Of a stretch of 60,472 nt of DNA, positions 27,063-33,975 are shown piece after piece. Origin of the DNA: Clostridia bacterium (lineage in GTDB: Bacteria; Bacillota; Clostridia; Christensenellales; UBA1242); assembly GCA_017398655.1 (NCBI GenBank), contig JAFQFI010000008.1, positions 1 through 60,472 on the forward strand. Direction: 5' to 3'. Under the pieces are notes generated by a model that had not been told where the DNA came from, searched no databases, and saw only the letters and a list, made by a program, of their open reading frames with translations. The position numbers and the translations under genes are program-made. How positions within the stretch are numbered: the first letter of the stretch is position 1; each line of letters begins with the position of its first letter.

Positions 27063-29037
27063 AAACGTTCCTCCTCTTGTTACCTTTTTTGTAAAAACCA
27101 AATATCCAAAGAAGAAGTTGAATTGGTAAAGAAACAATCCAAACTACGCCTTTAAATAAAAGCTTTAAAATTGGTTTTAAAAATGGAATTGCTAATAAGC
27201 AAATAAGAATTACTATTGCAATAAGTATCCATGTGAAAGTATTTAAACTTTTATCTTCAAGAGTTACATCTACATCAGAGATAATATCAAAAGGACTTGA
27301 AACAACAGGAATTGTATAAAACATAGCGTCATTTGTGAGAGTTAATTGAATAATATCAAAATCTAAAAAAACATTCTCTTGTGCAGAACTCATTGCATAA
27401 TCAGTTGCCGGAAAGTAAAAATCTCCTAAACGTTTTTCATAAGAAACTTGCAAATTTGAATAAGAAAGATAATCTGTTTCTGCAAATCTAAATAAGAAAA
27501 CTGTTTCTTCATTTTCAGTTGCATTATTAAAATATTCTCTAAAATCATCTACATCATTTTTTGCAATAAGTAAATTTTCAGAAACTTTTGAATCACTTCC
27601 GATAACTTCATCTGAAGTAACGCTTTTGATTGGAGCAATTGTTTTATCTTCAATAGTATTAACAGTAAAGAATGTTTCCCACCATGAAGCACTTTCATTT
27701 AATTTTGTAATCTCGATATTATCTTCCACTGTAATATCAATTTTGTTATATCCCATTTTTCTATCTGAAGTTGCTGTAGATGTATTGTAGTATTTAGCAT
27801 TGAACTCTTCTTCTGATAAAAATAAATCTGCAGATATTTCTCTACCATTACAGTCAATAATTCCATTTTTAAAAATGCTATAGTTATAAATATAATTACT
27901 TAAATCTTCACTCTTTAACGTGTAATCGCCAACTATATCTTCAGCTAAAAAAAGATAATTTATTTCATTTAAAGTGTTAAGAGCATAATCAGAATCTGCA
28001 TTGTAAATAAATGAATCCTCTAACCATTCTTTATATGGCGTATAAAGAGGTGATCCAACGGTAGTCCAAAAACCTCCCGGTCTTAAAACAGCACAATCTG
28101 GAACGTCTCCGGAGTTGTGAGCAATATTTACTCCAATATAATCTTTTAAACTATTATAAACTTTGCTTGATGATGTTATAAAAATATCTTTTGTTGCATA
28201 TTCCCAAAATTCTGCCTTAACAGAATAAATACTTCCATATTTTTCAATAATTGAATTTGGCACACTAAAGTAAACACTGTTTATTTGAGAACCTTTAAAA
28301 CGTTCTTCCATTCCGTCAGAGTCAAATCTGTAATAAGAGTGCTTAACGTCTAACGTTAGAGTTTCAATTGCATTAGCTTCACATTTTAAAGTAGATTCTT
28401 CACTATCTCCACCAAAACCTTTAGCATATCCAGTAAAAGAATATGAAGTTGAAACGTTATACTCTGTAGCATTTTCTCTATCAGCAACGTTTAATTCAAT
28501 ACCAGAGATATGATAAGTTCTTTTTAAAGAATTAAGTTTTGTTAAAAAGATTGAAGTATCAGATATTTTGAATTTATAAAAAAGTTCAGCATAATCTCCT
28601 TGAGAACGGTCGCAATATTCCAGGTTAAATTTTTCATAATTTATTGGATTATTTTCTTCATCAAACTCTACAGCAATTTGAACTTTATTTGTTTTTATAG
28701 TATCAATTTCAATACCTTGAGGATTGTATATGTAAAGATATAAATTGTAATTATCTTGCATATCCAGTTTGTATGAATAGCAATATTCAACAAAGTTAAT
28801 TACCACCATTTTATCTTCAGATTGGTCAAACGGATATTTTAAAATATCAAAGTTTTCACAAGACAATAAATCTTCCATTACTCTTGTTTGGTCTAAATTT
28901 TTAACTTCATCTGAAGAAGTTGAAGCATAAACGTTTACAGAACTTATTGTTGGTATTAAAAAAGAAATGGCAAAAATAATTGCCATTAACAATAAAAAAA
29001 TTTTATTCTTCTTTTCTTTCTTTTTCATCATAAGCAT
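27049..29037 (-). CDS. large secreted protein with signal peptide and C-terminal TM anchor (spike/adsorption-like)
   Basis: 662 aa. N-terminal signal-like segment ending ...VYAS, and a C-terminal hydrophobic region with a basic tail. Confidence 0.55.
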   Translation of the reverse strand: MLMMKKKEKKNKIFLLLMAIIFAISFLIPTISSVNVYASTSSDEVKNLDQTRVMEDLLSCENFDILKYPFDQSEDKMVVINFVEYCYSYKLDMQDNYNLYLYIYNPQGIEIDTIKTNKVQIAVEFDEENNPINYEKFNLEYCDRSQGDYAELFYKFKISDTSIFLTKLNSLKRTYHISGIELNVADRENATEYNVSTSYSFTGYAKGFGGDSEESTLKCEANAIETLTLDVKHSYYRFDSDGMEERFKGSQINSVYFSVPNSIIEKYGSIYSVKAEFWEYATKDIFITSSSKVYNSLKDYIGVNIAHNSGDVPDCAVLRPGGFWTTVGSPLYTPYKEWLEDSFIYNADSDYALNTLNEINYLFLAEDIVGDYTLKSEDLSNYIYNYSIFKNGIIDCNGREISADLFLSEEEFNAKYYNTSTATSDRKMGYNKIDITVEDNIEITKLNESASWWETFFTVNTIEDKTIAPIKSVTSDEVIGSDSKVSENLLIAKNDVDDFREYFNNATENEETVFLFRFAETDYLSYSNLQVSYEKRLGDFYFPATDYAMSSAQENVFLDFDIIQLTLTNDAMFYTIPVVSSPFDIISDVDVTLEDKSLNTFTWILIAIVILICLLAIPFLKPILKLLFKGVVWIVSLPIQLLLWIFGFYKKGNKRRNVYGKK

Positions 29038-29131
29038 TTGCTCCTAATAAAATGAATCTTGCTAATTCATTTGAATTTGGCAATCTACCATATTTTTTAT
29101 AAAATTCATTTCTAAAATCTTGCTTTGACAT
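29003..29131 (-). CDS. possible 42-aa protein
   Basis: ATG 8 nt after GGAG (ggagaaaacaaa atg). Translates to MSKQDFRNEFYKKYGRLPNSNELARF... Overlaps the start of the 662-aa gene. Confidence 0.3.
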   Translation of the reverse strand: MSKQDFRNEFYKKYGRLPNSNELARFILLGANAYDEKERKEE

Positions 29132-29145
29132 TTTGTTTTCTCCTT

Positions 29146-29466
29146 TTAAAAATTAAAAATATTTCCTACTTTGGTAATAGTAAATTTTTGAAAAATACCT
29201 TTTATTTCATGTAAGGTATAGAAGATTTTTGCTTGGTCTTCTGTTTGAAAACCATAAGCTAATTTATCCTGGTTAAAAACAACTCTAAATTGTTTTGAAA
29301 TAATATCATTTTCGATTATTACTAAATCATTTGTAAAAAGCTCTTGTCCGTTGTAATCATACAGGTTTATAAACTCTGACAACGTTTCAGAAGTGTTTTC
29401 AAACAACTTGATTAAAATCCACTTTTTCTCTTGTTTAGAATAATCTTTTATTTTAATTTCCCTCAT
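29146..29466 (-). CDS. hypothetical protein (106 aa)
   Basis: Internal ATG at 29466 preceded by GGAG. Overlaps the upstream gene by 14 nt. Confidence 0.5.
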   Translation of the reverse strand: MREIKIKDYSKQEKKWILIKLFENTSETLSEFINLYDYNGQELFTNDLVIIENDIISKQFRVVFNQDKLAYGFQTEDQAKIFYTLHEIKGIFQKFTITKVGNIFNF

Positions 29467-29776
29467 AAACTTTCTCCAATTCTTCAGAGTTAGATGAAGT
29501 TGTTTTTTTATTTTCATCTATGTTTTGAGTAAGAATTGTTAAATAAACAACCATTCCGTTTTTCTCAAAATCTTTTTTAAGATGTAAAGCTTTTTCTAAC
29601 GTTAACCCTTTATACTCAATTTTTATTTCATCATCTAAATTATTAAAAACGTTAACGGAAATTTTATCTTTCTTGTTTATTTTTCTAATATCTAAAAATG
29701 TTGGAAAAGTTAATTCAAAATAAATTGTTAAAAATAAAACAAAGAAAGCTAATAAAAATGTTAAAAATACTTGCAT
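29453..29776 (-). CDS. hypothetical protein with N-terminal TM helix
   Basis: 107 aa with a hydrophobic N-terminus (MQVFLTFLLAFFVLFL). Confidence 0.5.
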   Translation of the reverse strand: MQVFLTFLLAFFVLFLTIYFELTFPTFLDIRKINKKDKISVNVFNNLDDEIKIEYKGLTLEKALHLKKDFEKNGMVVYLTILTQNIDENKKTTSSNSEELEKVYEGN

Positions 29777-29790
29777 TATTAACCTACCCC

Positions 29791-30078
29791 TTATTCAAAC
29801 ATGTAAATAATTTTGATTAGTAAAGTTACATAAACCAGAATTAAAGCACAGTTTAATAAAGTCATGATTGTTGATTTTGCCTTGACCGATTCTATTAAAC
29901 TTTTTAAAGCTGAAATAAAACCAATAACTTTTAAAACGATAAGTAAAATAATATTTAAAACTTTTAAGAAAACATCAGAATTGTTTATTTCTCCACCAAC
30001 CAAGAAAGCAAAAATAAGACAGATAAATGAAACAAAAATCAATATTTCTTTAGTTCCTGACTTTTGATAATTAGCCAT
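29791..30078 (-). CDS. small three-TM membrane protein
   Basis: 95 aa, strong SD (AAGGAGG), three hydrophobic helices. Confidence 0.55.
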   Translation of the reverse strand: MANYQKSGTKEILIFVSFICLIFAFLVGGEINNSDVFLKVLNIILLIVLKVIGFISALKSLIESVKAKSTIMTLLNCALILVYVTLLIKIIYMFE

Positions 30079-30109
30079 AAATTAACCTCCTTTTTCATAA
30101 GTTTCAAAT

Positions 30110-30361
30110 TTATACAAATTTTTTGCCAACACCATTTTTATCCAGGACAATAAATTTTCCTAAAGGACATTTTGGAGAGCAGAAATGATAATCAATCATC
30201 TCGCAGGACTTATCACAAAACCTATTTGGAAAATCAGAATCATCATCTAAAAATTTGCATTTAGAACAAATTGCAATAACCTTTTTAAATTCAGAATCTA
30301 ACTTGTTAAAGTTAAAACTTCCTGTTGGTGAATTGTTTGCATTTCCATAAATTATCTCCAT
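30110..30361 (-). CDS. small Cys-rich (putative zinc-binding) protein
   Basis: 83 aa from the ATG at 30361 after GGAGGAA. Cysteines are arranged as CxxC...CxxxC...CxxxC. Confidence 0.5.
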   Translation of the reverse strand: MEIIYGNANNSPTGSFNFNKLDSEFKKVIAICSKCKFLDDDSDFPNRFCDKSCEMIDYHFCSPKCPLGKFIVLDKNGVGKKFV

Positions 30362-30386
30362 AACTTCCTCCAAATTTTTTTTATTT

Positions 30387-30545
30387 ATCCAGAGAAAACG
30401 GTAAAGAGAGCAAAGTTCTCTCTGGATATATTTACGAGTTTTTCGTAAATATTACTTTAATATTTACAATATTTTCGTAAATAGTCAAGTGTTTTTACGA
30501 AAATGTTGAAATTATTTTAATTTTTTTTACAATATTCTCGAATAA
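30387..30545. promoter_or_regulatory. divergent switch region: dyad hairpin plus four phased operator-like repeats
   Basis: TTTAC(G/A)A half-sites start at 30431, 30463, 30494 and 30526. O1 is a perfect 8-bp-arm palindrome (ATTTACGA-N5-TCGTAAAT). A 9+3-bp dyad lies at 30387-30427. Confidence 0.6.
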
Positions 30546-30557
30546 GGGGGCAATACA

Positions 30558-30905
30558 ATGAATTTAAAAGAAATAAGAGAAAGAAAAAAAATAAAACAAG
30601 TAGAAGTTGCAAAAGCACTAAACTTACCAAATTCAACATATAACGGGTATGAAAAAGAAACGAGTCAACCTAATATCGAAACTATTATTAAATTAGCCAA
30701 ATATTTTAATGTTTCCACAGATGAACTTCTTGGAGTTTCAAAAACAAAAAATATCAATCTAACTGAAAAAAATGCTTTATTAGATGTTATAGATTCTCTT
30801 ACTGAAATTGAATGTCATAAACTTAAAATTTTTGCTGAAGGTTTAATTTCTAATAGAATTGAAAAAACACCAGCATTCAAAGTTTTAAAAGATGATAGAG
30901 AGTAA
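30558..30905 (+). CDS. XRE-family HTH regulator (repressor candidate 1)
   Basis: 115 aa. HTH_3 motif QVEVAKALNLPNSTYNGYEKE. Confidence 0.8.
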   Translation: MNLKEIRERKKIKQVEVAKALNLPNSTYNGYEKETSQPNIETIIKLAKYFNVSTDELLGVSKTKNINLTEKNALLDVIDSLTEIECHKLKIFAEGLISNRIEKTPAFKVLKDDRE

Positions 30906-30908
30906 AAT

Positions 30909-31220
30909 ATGAAATTAAAAGAAATAAGATTAAAACAAGGTTTAAAACAATATCAAGTTGCAGATTTCCTTAATACAACTCAACATACAATATCAAATTA
31001 TGAAAAAGGAACCAGTCAACCTAATATCGAAACTATTATCAAATTAGCTAAATATTTTAACGTTTCCACAGATGAACTTCTTGGACTTTCCCAAGCAGAA
31101 ACAAATGAAACAGTTTTAACAAACAAAATCAAACTTTTAAACGAAGAAGAACTTTTCAAGTTGAACGTATTTGCAGACGCACTACTTTCTCTTCGTGAAC
31201 ATGAGGAAAAAAATAAATGA
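30909..31220 (+). CDS. XRE-family HTH regulator (repressor candidate 2)
   Basis: 103 aa. HTH_3 motif. Shares the block SQPNIETIIKLAKYFNVSTDELLG with the upstream gene. Confidence 0.8.
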   Translation: MKLKEIRLKQGLKQYQVADFLNTTQHTISNYEKGTSQPNIETIIKLAKYFNVSTDELLGLSQAETNETVLTNKIKLLNEEELFKLNVFADALLSLREHEEKNK

Positions 31221-31415
31221 ATCAACAAACAACAGAATATATAAAAACAAGTTGCCTTAATTAAGCAACTTGCTGAAGATTTAGAAATATATATACTCGG
31301 TGCTGAAGAAAGCACCAAACCTGTACTAATTACTAACAATGTTGTACCTTTTAAAAAACTGAACACTGTAAGTGGCGTTTCAAACTCTGACTCATTAAAA
31401 GGAGTTGAAGAAGAA

Positions 31416-32375
31416 ATGCCAAATTATAGAAAAAGAAAAAACGGAATATGGGAAGGAAGACAATACATAAATGGGAAAAGTTTTTCTGCATATTCCAAAA
31501 ACCTTAAAACATGTAAACAAAAATTAAAAGAAAAAATTTCAAATATAACATCAAATTCATTAAATAAAAATCTGCTTGTAAGTGAATGGTTTTTAACCTG
31601 GGCTGAAGTTTACAAACAAAAAAATCTTAAGATAAAAACATTCAACTCTCTTTTAGGTTTAATTAAAAATCACATAAATAAACTATTCAGGAACATATCT
31701 TTACAAAATTTAACCGGGGATATAATTCAAAAAAAATTAACAGAACTAAAACCAAGCAGAACCACCAACCTAATTTGCACGTATTTAAACGCCGGGTTAG
31801 AAAAAGCTTTACAACTTGGTTATATAAAAAGAAACCCTTACAAATCAACTGAAATAAAAAAACATAAAGTTGGCAAAGGTAAAGCTTTTACATACCAAGA
31901 GCAAGTAAAGATAGTAAACGAAGTTATTGGTTCTGATATTAAAGATTTGTTTTTTATTTATGTTTTAACCGGGATAAGAAAAAACGAAATTTACAACATA
32001 ATCAGTTTTGATTATGAAAAAGAACAAATAAAAGTTATTAGAGAAAAGAGTGATAATAAAATAAAAACAATCTTTGTTAAAAAAGAAGTTATTTCAATAA
32101 TTGAAAATTTGCAGCTAACAAAAACTTCAAGTGATGTTTTTTATAAAAAATTCAAAAAGATTTTAAAACGTTTAAACGTTACCGGAACAGTCCATTCCTT
32201 AAGACACACTTACGCAACAAATAATTATTATCTTGGAACTCCAATAAAACATCTGCAACAGTTTATGGGGCACGAAGATATAGCATTAACTTACAATATT
32301 TATACTGATTTTGATGAAGAATTAACAAAAGAAAAAATTGTTAAATTATATAATAATTTATATTACACTTTTTAG
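31416..32375 (+). CDS. int: tyrosine recombinase (phage-type integrase)
   Basis: 319 aa. C-terminal HSLRHTYAT...GHEDIALTYNIYT fits the R..H-x-x-R..H..Y catalytic pattern. Adjacent to the att site. Confidence 0.85.
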   Translation: MPNYRKRKNGIWEGRQYINGKSFSAYSKNLKTCKQKLKEKISNITSNSLNKNLLVSEWFLTWAEVYKQKNLKIKTFNSLLGLIKNHINKLFRNISLQNLTGDIIQKKLTELKPSRTTNLICTYLNAGLEKALQLGYIKRNPYKSTEIKKHKVGKGKAFTYQEQVKIVNEVIGSDIKDLFFIYVLTGIRKNEIYNIISFDYEKEQIKVIREKSDNKIKTIFVKKEVISIIENLQLTKTSSDVFYKKFKKILKRLNVTGTVHSLRHTYATNNYYLGTPIKHLQQFMGHEDIALTYNIYTDFDEELTKEKIVKLYNNLYYTF

Positions 32376-32383
32376 CGTTTTTT

Positions 32384-32405
32384 AGTACCCAAATTAGTAC
32401 CCAAA
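32384..32405 (+). repeat. tandem AGTACCCAAA arm-type sites (right arm)
   Basis: AGTACCCAAA occurs twice at a 12-bp period, the same arrangement as 18113-18134. Confidence 0.6.
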
Positions 32406-32488
32406 TTTTTAACCTGGAGCAATAAAAAAACGACTTTCAGGTATTAACCTAAAAATCGCTGCTTTCCTTTATTTTAAAGGAGTTTATT

Positions 32489-32564
32489 TGGTGGGCCACC
32501 GGGGACTCGAACCCCGGACCCACTGATTAAGAGTCAGTTGCTCTACCAACTGAGCTAGTGGCCC
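32489..32564 (-). tRNA. tRNA-Lys (anticodon CTT); its 3' 49 nt form attR
   Basis: Reverse complement is GGGCCACTAGCTCAGTTGGTAGAGCAACTGACTCTTAATCAGTGGGTCCGGGGTTCGAGTCCCCGGTGGCCCACCA. It folds as a cloverleaf with CTT in the anticodon loop. Confidence 0.9.
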
Positions 32565-32759
32565 AAATAAAATATTAAGTTTTATCTCACACAAAAATTA
32601 ATAAAAAACATTAACTTTTATGCGAGATAAATTTTAATATGATTTTATTAAAAAGTCAACACTTATTTGTTTGTTTTACCTTGTAAGTTTTTAAAACACT
32701 ACTGCCCAACTTTTAAGTTGGTTAAAATTAAAATTTAAAAAACAACGCAAATAAAAATT

Positions 32760-33281
32760 TTATTGTGGTCTAATTGTTCTTGTTGTGTTAAGTGCAAAAA
32801 TAAAATCAATAAGTTCTTTTCTGTATGGAATAAACTTTTTAGTATCAAGCAACTCAAAAATTTGTTCTTTTGTTGCCCACTCAACTTTTTCTACTTCTGT
32901 TTCTTGAAGTTTAAGTTTTGAGATATCCACATCTTCGCTTAAAATGTAGATATCGTTAAAGCCCTCTGTAAAGTTAAAAGTAAATGCTGGTCTTTCATTA
33001 CTAAAATCGTATTTATAGCCAAGTTCTTCAAACACTTCTCTTTCTACTGCTTGGCAACTTGTTTCGCCAGAAATTGAAGAGCCACCACAAGAAAAATCCC
33101 ATAAACCCGGAAAAGGTCTTTTTTCTTCTAACCTTTTTTGAATAAGCATTTTGTCTTTTGCTTTATTTAAAATTATGCAGTGGACAACCATTCTGTAGCA
33201 ATTTTCAGGAACTTTTGTTCCCCTTACCATTGTTCTATCAAGTGGCAATCTGTTTTTATCAAATAAATCAAAAATTTCCAT
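32760..33281 (-). CDS. NUDIX hydrolase
   Basis: 173 aa. Nudix box GGSSISGETSCQAVEREVFEELG. Confidence 0.8.
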   Translation of the reverse strand: MEIFDLFDKNRLPLDRTMVRGTKVPENCYRMVVHCIILNKAKDKMLIQKRLEEKRPFPGLWDFSCGGSSISGETSCQAVEREVFEELGYKYDFSNERPAFTFNFTEGFNDIYILSEDVDISKLKLQETEVEKVEWATKEQIFELLDTKKFIPYRKELIDFIFALNTTRTIRPQ

Positions 33282-33391
33282 TTTATATCACCCCTTAGGG
33301 CAATATAATAACACACCTTTTGGGTTTTATTAAGCATTTTTTTGTTTTTTCTATTTACTTATTATTAATTTTATTTTATTATATATACATT

Positions 33392-33928
33392 ATGAGAATT
33401 ATCGCAGGAAAATATAGGGGTACAAATATTCCTTCACCAAAAGAAGAAATTGTAAAACCTACCCTTGATAGAGTTAAAGAAAATATTTTCAATATTCTTC
33501 AATTTCAGGTACAAGATAGTGTTTGTCTTGACCTTTTTTGTGGTAGTGGTGCATTAGGCCTTGAGTGCTTAAGCAGAAATGCAAAAGAAGTTTATTTTGT
33601 AGATAACAACAAAAAAAATATAACAGCCCTTAAAAATTTGCTAACAAAACTAAATGCAACTGACTACATATTATCTTCCAGCGATTATTACGAAGCATTA
33701 AAACAATTTAGTGGAGAGAAAAAACAATTTGACATAATTTTTTTAGACCCTCCATATGATACCGACTTAGCAGAAGTTGCTTTGCAAAAGATTTTCAAAT
33801 TTAATTTACTTTCTCCAACCGGAGTGGTGGTGTGGGAGCATCCCACAGATTATGAAAACTTAAAGTTTAAGTCAAAAGTAAAAAACACAAAAGTTTATGG
33901 TAAAGTTCAAATAGATTTTTTGGCTTAA
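33392..33928 (+). CDS. rsmD: 16S rRNA (guanine966-N2)-methyltransferase
   Basis: Starts MRIIAGKYRG; contains LDLFCGSGALGLE and DPPY. The ORF-track TTG start at 33320 adds an implausible hydrophobic extension. Confidence 0.85.
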   Translation: MRIIAGKYRGTNIPSPKEEIVKPTLDRVKENIFNILQFQVQDSVCLDLFCGSGALGLECLSRNAKEVYFVDNNKKNITALKNLLTKLNATDYILSSSDYYEALKQFSGEKKQFDIIFLDPPYDTDLAEVALQKIFKFNLLSPTGVVVWEHPTDYENLKFKSKVKNTKVYGKVQIDFLA

Positions 33929-33975
33929 ACCGACATACTAAATTGCAAATAAAAAATTAAAGGATAAAAAGAAAA

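Larger units (their letters stand above)
18029..32537. mobile_element. integrated element (prophage-like or integrative element) in tRNA-Lys(CTT)
   Basis: Perfect 49-bp direct repeats at both ends. A tyrosine integrase lies next to the intact tRNA, with repressors, a switch region, replication-like and morphogenesis-like genes, and cargo genes inside. Confidence 0.85.

Noticed and set aside
31016-31366. 116-aa ORF antisense to the second XRE gene
   Set aside because: It overlaps a clear HTH gene and has no translation signals.
31263-31415. N-terminal in-frame extension of the integrase
   Set aside because: The frame is open back to a TAA at about 31260, but it contains no ATG and no SD. The ATG at 31416 has an AAAGGAG upstream.
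33320-33391. TTG-initiated N-terminal extension of rsmD
   Set aside because: The extension is a hydrophobic artefact (MGFIKHFFVFSIYLLL...). The canonical RsmD N-terminus MRIIAGKYRG starts at 33392.
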